From: an uncultured Nitrospiraceae bacterium
Lineage (GTDB): Bacteria; Nitrospirota; Thermodesulfovibrionia; Thermodesulfovibrionales; SM23-35
Assembly (NCBI GenBank): GCA_963727775.1
Contig: CAVSHB010000001.1
Coordinates: 320,001-384,000 of the forward strand
Reading direction: 5' to 3'
DNA length: 64,000 bases
Shown here: positions 1 through 9,833 of the stretch, piece after piece
How positions within the stretch are numbered: the first letter of the stretch is position 1
Layout of the letters: each line of letters opens with the position of its first letter
The notes under the pieces: model-generated
Database searches by the model: none
Seen by the model: the letters and a program-made list of their open reading frames with translations, nothing else
What the model was told of the DNA's origin: nothing
Translations under genes and position numbers: made by a program

Positions 1-216
1 AGCATTCTCTGTTAAGTAGTACAAATGTCCCACTACAATAATACTTCCTTTTCTTAGACTGCCAACAGTAATCCATCTCTCATCGAAATAATCGAATCTT
101 TTGTCCAGAATGGATACATGGAGAGGATCATCAAATACCTCTGCTACATAATCGAATGATATGCCATGCTTTCTTATGTTCTCTTTATTCTTATTTGCAT
201 CCCATTTAAATTCCAT
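1..216 (-). CDS. brnT: BrnT-family (DUF497) ribonuclease toxin, 3' end runs off the window
   Basis: Manual translation from ATG at 216: MEFKWDANKNKENIRKHGISFDYVAEVFDDP...DERWITVG; the FxWDxxKNxxNxxKHGISF start is typical of BrnT. Not in the ORF track because it is partial. Confidence 0.85.
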   Translation of the reverse strand, partial: MEFKWDANKNKENIRKHGISFDYVAEVFDDPLHVSILDKRFDYFDERWITVGSLRKGSIIVVGHLYYLTENA

Positions 217-497
217 GCTTAGTTACATTTTAAGATAAAGTAACAACAGTGTCAATACAATCTGCTTCAGCGGTATACAGCCTTTAGTATTTATTCCCAT
301 TAATAATCAGCAGATTTTCTGACCCATCCAAGCACGTTGACTTCAGGAAGCACATCTCCGTGTATAGTACGGCCAGAAGACCGGTGCTATGGGTGATGGC
401 TTAGCTCAAAAAATAAGGTGTCCGAACTGCGCGGAATATCCACTTTATCTCGTCACTCATCGCAATGACAATTAAGTATATTTTATAATATCTTCAA

Positions 498-1469
498 ATG
501 TCACTGTTTGCATCTATCGACGTCGGTTCCAATACATTGAGGCTCCTGATTGCCGGGATTGAAGAGAACAGAATAATTAATGTATTCTCCGACAGGAAGA
601 TAACGCGTCTCGGCAATAAGGTCTCAACGACCGGGCGGCTTCAGGATGAAAATATCGAAGTCTCGATTGCTGCACTGAAGGAATTCTCAGCCCGGATCTC
701 CGAATACGGCGTTGCTCATATTAAAGCTGTTGCCACGAGCGCCTTGCGTGAAGCGGTAAACTCCGGGTCCTTCATTAAGAAGGCCTTTGAGGACACGGGC
801 ATATCCGTTGAAGTAATTTCAGGAGACAGAGAAGCCGGGCTTACTCTAAAAGGTATCCTCTCTTCATTTTGTGGGTCCGATCTCCGGATACTACCTTCCG
901 CCTTCATCATCGATATCGGGGGAGGGAGCACGGAATGGATCCTCTATCGGGACAAGCATCTTGTCGATATGGGAAGTATCCCGGTAGGTGTGATTAAGCT
1001 TACCCATGATTTTATCAAAACAGACCCTGTCGCTATACATGACCTTAATGGGCTGACTGCTGAAATTGTTTCGGTATTGGACAATCTAAAAATGAAAATC
1101 GCACGACATGTGCGCAGAGATATGCTTTTTATAGGTACCGCCGGGACCTTTACTACTATCGTCGCTATCGACCTCGGGCTCGAAACCTATTCAAGGGAAA
1201 AGATACATCTGCACAAACTGCCTTTAGCCGGATTGCGGGATATGGGGGAGCAACTTACGGCCCTCTCATTGGAAGAAAGGAAAAAAATCGTGGGGCTTGA
1301 ACCTGAGAGAGCAGACTTGATTATACCCGGCATACTATTTACAATTAAGATCATGGAATATTTCGGTTTTAATGAATTAACGGTAAGCGATTACGGGCTG
1401 CTTGAAGGAACTTTGTTGGACCTGAAGGAGGGAATTGGAAAAAGTATTTCAGAGGCCGAAAAGCCTTAA
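498..1469 (+). CDS. ppx: Ppx/GppA family exopolyphosphatase
   Basis: IDVGSNTLRL, ATSALREA, DIGGGSTE and GTAGT motifs of the ASKHA Ppx/GppA family. Confidence 0.9.
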   Translation: MSLFASIDVGSNTLRLLIAGIEENRIINVFSDRKITRLGNKVSTTGRLQDENIEVSIAALKEFSARISEYGVAHIKAVATSALREAVNSGSFIKKAFEDTGISVEVISGDREAGLTLKGILSSFCGSDLRILPSAFIIDIGGGSTEWILYRDKHLVDMGSIPVGVIKLTHDFIKTDPVAIHDLNGLTAEIVSVLDNLKMKIARHVRRDMLFIGTAGTFTTIVAIDLGLETYSREKIHLHKLPLAGLRDMGEQLTALSLEERKKIVGLEPERADLIIPGILFTIKIMEYFGFNELTVSDYGLLEGTLLDLKEGIGKSISEAEKP

Positions 1470-2184
1470 AAAGGAACCGTTCAGATATTGTCCGGGGTGC
1501 GGTCACAGTCTCATTCACAGGATGATCGCCGAATGTATAGACACTTTAAATATCAGGGAAAAAGTTGTGGGGATCGCTCCTATCGGGTGCGCCGTATTTG
1601 CCTACGATTATTTTAATTTTGATGTGCTCGAGGTCGCGCACGGCAGGCCGCCGGCCGCGGCAACCGGTCTTAAACGCGCCATGCCCGACAGGATAATCTT
1701 TTCATATCAGGGTGACGGTGACCTCGCTGCAATAGGAACAGCCGAGATAATCCACGCTGCCAACAGGGGTGAAAATATCTCTGTGTTTTTTGTGAATAAT
1801 GCGACATACGGCATGACCGGAGGCCAAATGGCGCCGACTACCCTCCCGGGCCAGAGGACAACAACAACACCCTCCGGCAGAGAAGTCGGGAAAGAGGGCT
1901 ATCCATTACATATCTCTGAACTCCTTGCGACAATTGAAGGGGCTTCTTATATTGCCAGGACTTCATTAGATTCATGCAAGAACGTAATAAATACAAAGAA
2001 AGCTATAGCGAAGTCATTAATGTACCAGATAGAAGGCAGAGGGTTCAGTCTTGTGGAGATACTTTCGCCATGCCCCGTGGACTGGAAGCTTACGCCAAAG
2101 GACGCGCTGGCATGGATCAAAAAAGAAATGACTTCCGTGTTTCCCCTCGGTATTTTTAAAGACAATTTCAAGGAGAGCGGATAA
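1435..2184 (+). CDS. 2-oxoacid:ferredoxin oxidoreductase beta (TPP-binding) subunit
   Basis: YCPGCGH, HGR, GDGD...NN, YGMTGGQ and SPCP motifs; TTG start. Confidence 0.9.
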   Translation: MEKVFQRPKSLKKEPFRYCPGCGHSLIHRMIAECIDTLNIREKVVGIAPIGCAVFAYDYFNFDVLEVAHGRPPAAATGLKRAMPDRIIFSYQGDGDLAAIGTAEIIHAANRGENISVFFVNNATYGMTGGQMAPTTLPGQRTTTTPSGREVGKEGYPLHISELLATIEGASYIARTSLDSCKNVINTKKAIAKSLMYQIEGRGFSLVEILSPCPVDWKLTPKDALAWIKKEMTSVFPLGIFKDNFKESG

Positions 2185-2733
2185 CTGGAAACCAGGATAA
2201 TAATCGGCGGGTTCGGCGGTCAGGGCATACTCTTATTCGGGAAAATACTTGCTCATGCGGGGATGATCGAAGGCAAAGAGGTAACGTGGTTCCCTTCTTA
2301 CGGGGCGGAAGTGAGAGGAGGGACTGCAAACTGTACCGTGGTTGTCTCAGACGAACTGATAGGCTCCCCCGTCGCCGCAAGTCCCGACATATTAATAGTA
2401 ATGAGCGACGCGTCTCTGAATAAATTTTTGCCGAAACTCAGACAAAACGGCCTTCTGATGTTCGATTCCTCTTTGATCAAGGGGCCTGTTACGCGTACCG
2501 ATGTCGAAACCGTCGGAGTGCCCGCGACAGAAATATCGAGTCAGGCCGGCAATACTAAAGCAGCCAATATGGTCATGCTCGGCGCATTTATCAAGAAGAC
2601 GGGAATATTAAATGAAGCTTCCGTGTTTGAAGCAGTCGAAAGTTCGATGCCGGCCGGTAAAAATAAGAGCACTGAGAATAATAAAAAGGCCGTTAATGAA
2701 GGGATAAGGTTTATTGAAGACAAGAAAAGCTAA
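2185..2733 (+). CDS. 2-oxoacid:ferredoxin oxidoreductase gamma subunit (probable CTG start)
   Basis: The frame upstream of the called ATG (2263) encodes ETRIIIGGFGGQG, the conserved gamma N-terminus; PSYGAEVRGG and NMVMLGA motifs; AGGAG at 2171-2175 lies 9 nt before CTG at 2185. Confidence 0.88.
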   Translation: METRIIIGGFGGQGILLFGKILAHAGMIEGKEVTWFPSYGAEVRGGTANCTVVVSDELIGSPVAASPDILIVMSDASLNKFLPKLRQNGLLMFDSSLIKGPVTRTDVETVGVPATEISSQAGNTKAANMVMLGAFIKKTGILNEASVFEAVESSMPAGKNKSTENNKKAVNEGIRFIEDKKS

Positions 2734-3166
2734 GATATCCGACCTGAAGCAGGTCCAGAAGCTTATAAATGATTTTGCAAAACGCGAGCAGATGATCCCA
2801 AGATCCCTGAATGAGCTTTATGAAACCGTGAGGGATTTCTTTGTATGTGAGGCCGACGGGAAAATATGCGGGGTCTGCGCCCTGCACATCATGTGGGAAG
2901 ACCTCGCAGAGATCCGCTCACTCGCAGTTGACGGTAAATATCAGAAAAAGGGCTTGGGCAGAAATCTTGTCAGGCAATGTCTCAAAGAGGCAAGGGCTTT
3001 AGGTATGAATAAGGTCTTCGCACTTACATACCGGCCTGAATTCTTCAAAAAACTGGGTTTTGCCGGTGTCGATAAGGCAAGCCTTCCTCAGAAGATATGG
3101 GGAGACTGTCTGCGCTGCCACAAGTTCCCCGAATGCGATGAGCACGCTGTCATCATAAACCTGTAA
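2714..3166 (+). CDS. argA: Short GNAT N-acetylglutamate synthase-like acetyltransferase
   Basis: AEIRSLAV, GLGR, FALT, LPQKIWGDC..C..FP.CDE motif typical of short ArgA. Confidence 0.8.
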   Translation: MKTRKAKISDLKQVQKLINDFAKREQMIPRSLNELYETVRDFFVCEADGKICGVCALHIMWEDLAEIRSLAVDGKYQKKGLGRNLVRQCLKEARALGMNKVFALTYRPEFFKKLGFAGVDKASLPQKIWGDCLRCHKFPECDEHAVIINL

Positions 3167-3171
3167 ACCTG

Positions 3172-3333
3172 TTACCAGATCTTTTCGAAAGAGTCCTTCG
3201 GCGCACCGCAAACAGGACAGACCCAACCGTCAGGAAGCTTTTCAAAAGGAGTTTCAGGAAGCACGCCGTAATCCGGGTCTCCGGTTTCAGGGTCGTATAT
3301 ATATCCGCAGACCGTGCACCTGTATTTATCCAT
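3172..3333 (-). CDS. Rubredoxin (53 aa)
   Basis: Manual translation [53 protein letters not shown]; two CxxC motifs; below ORF-track cutoff; overlaps the hisI stop. Confidence 0.95.
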   Translation of the reverse strand: MDKYRCTVCGYIYDPETGDPDYGVLPETPFEKLPDGWVCPVCGAPKDSFEKIW

Positions 3334-3661
3334 TCTTATCTCCTTTCTCAATACTCCTGAAGAAACATGTCTTGTTCCCCGTATGACAGGCGCCGGAACC
3401 GTGTTGGATTACCTTAACAAGCAGTGTGTCCTCATCGCAGTCATAGAGGATCTCCTTTACCTCCTGGACGTGCCCGGATGTTTCCCCTTTCTTCCAGTAT
3501 TTCTGCCTCGACCGCGACCAGAAATGTGTGAACCCTGTATCAAGGGTCATCTCAAGCGATTTTCTGTTCATGTAGGCCATCATCAGTATATCCCCGGTTT
3601 TCACATCCTGGATGATAGCGGGTATTAAGCCTTTGTCGTCATATTTCAATTCAGGTATCAT
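3326..3661 (-). CDS. hisI: Phosphoribosyl-AMP cyclohydrolase
   Basis: [27 protein letters not shown] and ACHTG motifs. Confidence 0.95.
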   Translation of the reverse strand: MIPELKYDDKGLIPAIIQDVKTGDILMMAYMNRKSLEMTLDTGFTHFWSRSRQKYWKKGETSGHVQEVKEILYDCDEDTLLVKVIQHGSGACHTGNKTCFFRSIEKGDKNG

Positions 3662-3682
3662 TAGCTCATCTCCATTTTTTAT

Positions 3683-4165
3683 TTACAGTTTATATCCTAT
3701 CTTTCTCAGGAATTCTTTTCTATGCGCCTTGTCCTCGGGCATTTCCACTCCTTTAGGGGGAAAACCGTCTATTACGCCGAGCACGCCTCTGCCTTGGGAT
3801 GTTGCTGCAACGATCACCTCAATCGGGTTTGCAGTCGCACAGAAAATCCCGCATACCTCCGGACAATTTTTTATCCGTGTAAGGACATTAATGGGAAAAG
3901 CATTCTTAAGGAGGATGCAAAAGACATGGCCGGCGCCTATTTCCTGCAGGTCCTTTACGCAGTAACTCACGAGGTCGGCATCATTCCCCTCTGTCCTTAT
4001 CAGGCAAGGTCCTGAAGCCTCTGTGAATGCAGCGCCGAATTTTGCCTGGGGGACGGTCGTCACTATGATTTCATAGAGATCTTCTATGGTTTTAATAAAA
4101 TGTGTCTGCCCCAGGATAATATTACACCCCTCGGGGATATCTATCTTGATTGTCTTCAGCTCCAT
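3683..4165 (-). CDS. Adenosine-specific kinase family (DUF355) protein
   Basis: NIILGQTHFIKT, FTEASGPCL, FCATANP, GRGVLGVIDG; ATG 4165 follows AAGGAGG. Confidence 0.85.
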   Translation of the reverse strand: MELKTIKIDIPEGCNIILGQTHFIKTIEDLYEIIVTTVPQAKFGAAFTEASGPCLIRTEGNDADLVSYCVKDLQEIGAGHVFCILLKNAFPINVLTRIKNCPEVCGIFCATANPIEVIVAATSQGRGVLGVIDGFPPKGVEMPEDKAHRKEFLRKIGYKL

Positions 4166-4277
4166 ATCTGCCTCCTTATTCAATGTGACTGATGAATCCG
4201 GACTTATTTTGCTATGATATAATGAAAATAAATTTTTCTTTATGTCAAGCCTTAAAAATTAAGAGATAACTCATATA

Positions 4278-4883
4278 ATGAAAGCAAATAATTATAAATT
4301 AAAAGATATAAGGCAAAGATTGTTACCCCTTTCCGCCTTTCACTTTTTTCTTTTGATTTTCCTGCTGCTCTCATACACCCCCGCTGATTGTATGGAAATA
4401 ACAGGGCCGGAGGTAAAAGTGCAGGACAAAGACATCTACGTTACAACATCCCTTTCGCTGGAAGAGAATTATTTGCGGGAAATAAATAACGGGATAAAAA
4501 AAGAGTTCAGGTTTTATATAGACATCTTCAAGGTATGGAAAATTTGGCCTGATGAGTTCGTACTGAGTAAATCTTTTACAAGGACTATGAAGTCCGATCC
4601 CGTAACAATGGAATATATCGCGACATCGAGTGATGGGAGCACTTTAATACAGAAAAGGTTCAAATCGTTTGAATCGATGACAAGATGGGCTTTAAGCATC
4701 AATAACCTGAAGGTCGCAAATATGCGGGATCTCGATCCTGGAGTTTATTTTGTCAGGGTGACTGTTGAATCAAAAGTAAGGAAATTGCCCCCTGTTATAG
4801 GTTATTTTATGATTTTCTTGCCTGAAAATGAATTCAAGATCACGAAAGATTCTCAATATATCTCTGTCGGTACCGCTAAATGA
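4278..4883 (+). CDS. DUF4390-like exported protein preceding ntrY/ntrX
   Basis: Hydrophobic signal segment; position directly upstream of an NtrY/NtrX-like pair; start uncertain. Confidence 0.6.
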   Translation: MKANNYKLKDIRQRLLPLSAFHFFLLIFLLLSYTPADCMEITGPEVKVQDKDIYVTTSLSLEENYLREINNGIKKEFRFYIDIFKVWKIWPDEFVLSKSFTRTMKSDPVTMEYIATSSDGSTLIQKRFKSFESMTRWALSINNLKVANMRDLDPGVYFVRVTVESKVRKLPPVIGYFMIFLPENEFKITKDSQYISVGTAK

Positions 4884-6916
4884 AAGGTTCACGCTTTAAC
4901 ATCTTTCTAATCACCATATTCCTTCTAATCACTGTAGCTTTCGGGGTAGAGCTACATTACATGAGGCTTGAATCCTTGGCTTTTCCCATAAGGCTCGCTC
5001 TGCTTTTACTCCTTAACCTGACGATTATTGCTTTACTTGTCCTGATGTTTTTTGTGGCCAAAAGCATCGTGAAACTTTATTTCGAGAGAAAGTACAAGAT
5101 TCTCGGTTACAAGTTTAAGACAAAACTTGTCATTACACTTGTTGTCCTGACATTGATACCGGCTGCTTTTCTCTTTTTTGTAGCAAGCGGGCTCATCACC
5201 AGTTATATCGACAGGTGGTTTTCTCCGCAGATAAAACAGCCTTTGCTCAGTTCAATCGAAATCGCAAAAACATTGTATGAAATCGAGAGACAAAAAACCC
5301 TTGATTACGCAAGAACACCCCATGCAGGAAAGACAAGCACGGAAAAGTTTACTGTCAGGCATCTCTCCGAGATGCCGAAAGACGCTACGGAAACAGTAAA
5401 GGCCGCCTTTGACGGCAGGGAGGGCACTGAAGTCATATCCGATGACAAAGGAGACATTATAAGGGCGGTTGTCCCGGCATTTAAAAACAGCAGGATGTCA
5501 GGCGTACTGATAGTGGAATCTATGATCCCGGGAAAGATTACCAGGAACGTTGAAAATATTAAGGACGCATATGAAAACTACTTAACGCTTGAGACGTGGA
5601 AGATGCCGATAAAAGCGAATTACCTCTCGATTCTCGGTTTTCTTACTGTAATTGTAGTCTTTATGGCCCTCTGGATAGCCCTTCGAATTTCGAAGGGGAT
5701 AACCGATCCCATACAGATCCTTGCGCAGGCAACGGAGGCGGTTGCGGCCGGGAACCTCGATACTAAAGTTTCGATCGACAGAGAAGACGAGATAGGGCTC
5801 TTGGTAACTTCATTTAACCACATGGTAAAAGAATTGAAAGAAGCGGAAGAATCGCTTCAGTCCGCCTGTCTTGTGTCGGACAGGAGGAGACTTGTTATCG
5901 AGAATATCCTTGATAACATAAACTCGGGCGTTGTAATGCTCGATACAACCGGGGCTGTCCGGGTGATCAATAAACGCGCGTGTTCAATCCTGGATATAGA
6001 TCCTGAGCAGATGGTCAACAGGAATTACCGGGAGCTCATTTCCATAATAAAATCCGAAGAACTCCACAAGCTTGTCGGCAGTATTGAAGGCCGTGAATTC
6101 AAGCCCGTCAGAAAAGAGATCAAGGCGGTCATCGGAAATAAAAAAGTGATACTCCTGATCTTTATAACGAGTCTCAAAGATTCCCAGACATATATAGGCC
6201 TGCTCGTTGTCTTCGATGATCTCACGGAGGTCATAGAAGCTCAGAAGGCGCTGACATGGCAGGACATAGCCAGAAAGATAGCGCATGAGGTAAAAAATCC
6301 GTTGACCCCCATTAAGCTCTCGGCGGAGCGCATGATTAAAAAATGGGAACATAAAGACCCTGATTTCGGAGAGGTGTGCCAGAGGTCTGCAAGGACCATA
6401 GTAAAAGAAGTGGACAGCCTCAAAAGGCTGGTTGACGAGTTTTCAAAATTCGGGAAGATGCCCGAAATACACAAGACGCCGACCTCCATCCCTATGGTGA
6501 TAGACGAGGTCGTCAACCTGTACAAAGATTTCAATAACATCGAGATACGCGTTTCTGCGCCGGACAACCCGCCTCCGGCGGAGCTGGACGGGGAACAGTT
6601 CAGGCGGGTTTTGATCAATATCTTTGACAACGCCATACAGGCGATGTCGAACAGGGGCAGGATCGATGTGGAGCTGAGTTTTAATACGCCGTCGAATATG
6701 GCATATATAGAAATCGCGGACAATGGCCCCGGCATTAAAGATGAATACAAGGAAAAATTGTTCCTCCCGAATTTTTCAACCAAAAAGGACGGCACCGGCC
6801 TTGGACTCGCGATAGCAAACAGGATTGTAAAAGAGCACGGGGGAAATATAAGTATAAGGGACAACTCGCCTCACGGCACTGTATTCACATTAGAGGTCCC
6901 TGTAAAGGAGAGTTAA
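4880..6916 (+). CDS. ntrY: NtrY-like membrane sensor histidine kinase (HAMP-PAS-HisKA-HATPase)
   Basis: Multiple TM segments, HAMP, WQDIARKIAHEVKNPLTPIKLSAER H-box, GTGLGL. Confidence 0.85.
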   Translation: MKGSRFNIFLITIFLLITVAFGVELHYMRLESLAFPIRLALLLLLNLTIIALLVLMFFVAKSIVKLYFERKYKILGYKFKTKLVITLVVLTLIPAAFLFFVASGLITSYIDRWFSPQIKQPLLSSIEIAKTLYEIERQKTLDYARTPHAGKTSTEKFTVRHLSEMPKDATETVKAAFDGREGTEVISDDKGDIIRAVVPAFKNSRMSGVLIVESMIPGKITRNVENIKDAYENYLTLETWKMPIKANYLSILGFLTVIVVFMALWIALRISKGITDPIQILAQATEAVAAGNLDTKVSIDREDEIGLLVTSFNHMVKELKEAEESLQSACLVSDRRRLVIENILDNINSGVVMLDTTGAVRVINKRACSILDIDPEQMVNRNYRELISIIKSEELHKLVGSIEGREFKPVRKEIKAVIGNKKVILLIFITSLKDSQTYIGLLVVFDDLTEVIEAQKALTWQDIARKIAHEVKNPLTPIKLSAERMIKKWEHKDPDFGEVCQRSARTIVKEVDSLKRLVDEFSKFGKMPEIHKTPTSIPMVIDEVVNLYKDFNNIEIRVSAPDNPPPAELDGEQFRRVLINIFDNAIQAMSNRGRIDVELSFNTPSNMAYIEIADNGPGIKDEYKEKLFLPNFSTKKDGTGLGLAIANRIVKEHGGNISIRDNSPHGTVFTLEVPVKES

Positions 6917-8260
6917 ATGACAGAGTTCAGCGTACTGATAATAGATGATGAAGAGGGAATCTGTGAAAGCCTTTCGGGGATATTTGAGGATGAAGGTTAT
7001 TCCGTTCTTACGGCAAATTCGGGGGAAGAAGCGCTCAAGGGCTTAAGGGAACAGACCCCGGATTTGATACTGCTCGATGTTTGGCTCACGGGCCTTGACG
7101 GTATTCAAACCCTCAAGGAAATAAAAGACATGAAGCCGGACATTCCCGTCATCATGATTTCGGGCCACGGGAATATAGAACTCGCCATTACGGCCACGAG
7201 GATGGGGGCGTATGATTTTCTTGAAAAACCGCTCTCACTCGAAAGGGTCCTGCTGGTTGCGCAAAGGGCACTCGAAAAAAGGGTACTTGAAATAGAAAAT
7301 ATGTCCCTGAAAAAAGATCTGATAAGAAAATGGAAACTCGTCGGGAATTCCGCGAAAGTGGTCCGGCTCAGGGAGGAGATCGATAAAGCCGCGAAGAGCA
7401 ACGGCAGGGTGCTGATACTCGGTGAGAGCGGCTGCGGCAAAGAGCTTGTCGCGCATATTTTACATGAACACAGTAACAGAACGGATAAACCCTTTGTAGA
7501 GATGAATTGCGCGGCGATACCGCAGGAACTCATCGAGAGCGAACTGTTCGGCCATGAAAAGGGTTCTTTTACCGGCGCATTCGAAAGGAAGAAAGGTAAA
7601 TTTGAACTCGCGGATGAAGGCACTTTATTCCTCGATGAAGTAGGCGATATGTCTCTTACTACCCAATCAAAGGTGCTTCGCGTTTTGGAAACGCAGGAAT
7701 TCCAGCGTGTCGGCGGCAGCAAAAGCATAAAGGTGGATGTCAGGATTATTGCGGCTACGAACAAGGACCTTATTGAAGAAGTGAAAAAGGGAAACTTCCG
7801 GGAAGACCTCCTTTACAGGCTCAATGTCATTCCGCTTGAAGTGCCTCCTCTCAGAGAAAGGAAGGGCGATATACCGATTCTTGTTAAACACTTCCTCGAT
7901 CATTTTGCTGTGGAATACGGACAAAAACCGAAAACGATAACACCGGACGGATTGAATATGCTCGAAATCTATGACTGGCCCGGAAATATCAGGGAGCTTA
8001 GGAATGTGATAGAACGGCTTGTTATCATGACTCCATCGAATACTGTAACAGCCAGGAACATTACTATCGGCGAGTCGGCCCCCTCAGACTATTTCGCCTT
8101 CAACACATTAAAAGAGGCCAGGGAATTATTCGAAAAGGACTTTATTGCAAAAAAGCTTGAAGAAAATAACTGGAACATCTCCAGGACCGCTGAGATACTC
8201 GATATCGAGAGAAGCAACCTGCACAGGAAAATCAAAGCATACGATATTAAGACGCCATAG
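6917..8260 (+). CDS. ntrX: NtrX-like sigma-54-dependent response regulator
   Basis: Receiver domain, GESGCGKE Walker A, GSFTGA, Fis-type HTH. Confidence 0.85.
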   Translation: MTEFSVLIIDDEEGICESLSGIFEDEGYSVLTANSGEEALKGLREQTPDLILLDVWLTGLDGIQTLKEIKDMKPDIPVIMISGHGNIELAITATRMGAYDFLEKPLSLERVLLVAQRALEKRVLEIENMSLKKDLIRKWKLVGNSAKVVRLREEIDKAAKSNGRVLILGESGCGKELVAHILHEHSNRTDKPFVEMNCAAIPQELIESELFGHEKGSFTGAFERKKGKFELADEGTLFLDEVGDMSLTTQSKVLRVLETQEFQRVGGSKSIKVDVRIIAATNKDLIEEVKKGNFREDLLYRLNVIPLEVPPLRERKGDIPILVKHFLDHFAVEYGQKPKTITPDGLNMLEIYDWPGNIRELRNVIERLVIMTPSNTVTARNITIGESAPSDYFAFNTLKEARELFEKDFIAKKLEENNWNISRTAEILDIERSNLHRKIKAYDIKTP

Positions 8261-8262
8261 TC

Positions 8263-9828
8263 ATGTCACTTAAGAAAAAAATAACGCTCAGTTTTCTTAT
8301 TAGTATAAGCATTATAATTATTCTCGCGGCGTTCGAATACAGCAATTTCATAGAGATCAGGCGGGAAATCAGGCATCTGGAGATCACCGATAATATAAGG
8401 AGTAAATCTCTCCAGTTGAGACGACATGAGAAAAACTATTTTCTTAATTATTCAAAGGCCAAAGAAGAGTCTGAAGCAGTACGGAAATACATCTCTGAAC
8501 TGAACGGCATCATCAACGCAGGTTCCGCCGGCAGTCTGCCCATGTATGATCTGAAGGCGTCCATAAAGGAATATGAGCAAAGGTTCAACAGGATAGAATC
8601 ATCTTCGAAGGATCTGTCGAAAGAATTTGAGGCAATAAAAAATTCCCATTCGAAATTCCATGAATATTTTCCGCTCATCGAATCGATCCTGATAGAGCAT
8701 CCACTCCAGGGCGCCGAATTGCTCCAGAAAATGTTTTCACTCTCTTCAGATAATAAACTCATTCCAGGTCTTAAAGAACTCGATCTGCAAATAAGCGCGC
8801 TAAGAAAAAACGGGGAAAATATCCTGGTGGTATCGGAAGAACTGGACAAGCACGCCAGAGAATATGTGGATAAGACAATCCATGTATCACAGCTTGCGAT
8901 CTTTATATTTTTCCCTTTATTCTTTATCACGGGGATAGGGACAATATTCTTTTTTAACAGGGACGTTGTTAACCGTCTGAAAGCCCTTATCGAGGTTGTA
9001 GAAAAGACAGGTAAGGGCAGTTTCTCGAAAGTGTACCTTTCGCCGGCAAACTGGGGCAGCAATGATGAGGTATCGACACTGATCCGGAAGTTCAATGAAA
9101 TGGAAGAACAACTTGTCCAGAGGGCAAAGGAACTCGACAAAAAGAACAAAGAATTATTTCAGGCCAAAAAACTGGCTGCCATCGGAACATTGGCGTCCGG
9201 GGTGGCGCACGAGCTGAATAATCCACTCAACAACATCTATATTTCTACGCAGGTTTTGGTGAGGGAAGTGGGAGCCGCCTGCCCTCCGGATATAAAGGAG
9301 GTAGTGTCCGACATCCATAGCCAGACCCTCAGGGTCAAGAATATCGTGGGCGATCTTCTCGAATTTGCCCGGGGGAGGGAGCCTAAGGTGAAAGCAGTGG
9401 ATTTGAGAGATCTTATTGCGAATGCATATAAATTTGCCGGAAACTCCATCAATACGGAAAAGATAAGGTTCGTGCTCGATTCCGATATGGAAGGCTTAAT
9501 TATTCATGCGGACCCTGAACAGATGGAAAGGGTTTTCATCAACCTTTTTACGAATGCGGTTGAGGCGATGTCGGGCGAAGGCGAGTTGACGGTTAAAGTG
9601 TCGAACGAGAATAATCTTATAATAATTGAAATATGTGATTCGGGAAAGGGAATGTCCGTGGAGGCGCAGGAAAAGATCTTCGAGCCTTTTTATACAACAA
9701 AAGATAAAGGCACGGGGCTTGGACTTGCCATCGTTTTTAATATAATAAATAAGCATAACGGCAATATAAGCATTCAAAGCGAAGAAGGGAAGGGAACTAC
9801 CTTTATTATTGCCCTTCCGAAAGGTTGA
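8263..9828 (+). CDS. HAMP-domain sensor histidine kinase
   Basis: Two TM segments, GVAHELNNPL H-box, N/G1/F/G2 boxes. Confidence 0.9.
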   Translation: MSLKKKITLSFLISISIIIILAAFEYSNFIEIRREIRHLEITDNIRSKSLQLRRHEKNYFLNYSKAKEESEAVRKYISELNGIINAGSAGSLPMYDLKASIKEYEQRFNRIESSSKDLSKEFEAIKNSHSKFHEYFPLIESILIEHPLQGAELLQKMFSLSSDNKLIPGLKELDLQISALRKNGENILVVSEELDKHAREYVDKTIHVSQLAIFIFFPLFFITGIGTIFFFNRDVVNRLKALIEVVEKTGKGSFSKVYLSPANWGSNDEVSTLIRKFNEMEEQLVQRAKELDKKNKELFQAKKLAAIGTLASGVAHELNNPLNNIYISTQVLVREVGAACPPDIKEVVSDIHSQTLRVKNIVGDLLEFARGREPKVKAVDLRDLIANAYKFAGNSINTEKIRFVLDSDMEGLIIHADPEQMERVFINLFTNAVEAMSGEGELTVKVSNENNLIIIEICDSGKGMSVEAQEKIFEPFYTTKDKGTGLGLAIVFNIINKHNGNISIQSEEGKGTTFIIALPKG

Positions 9829-9833
9829 TCAGG

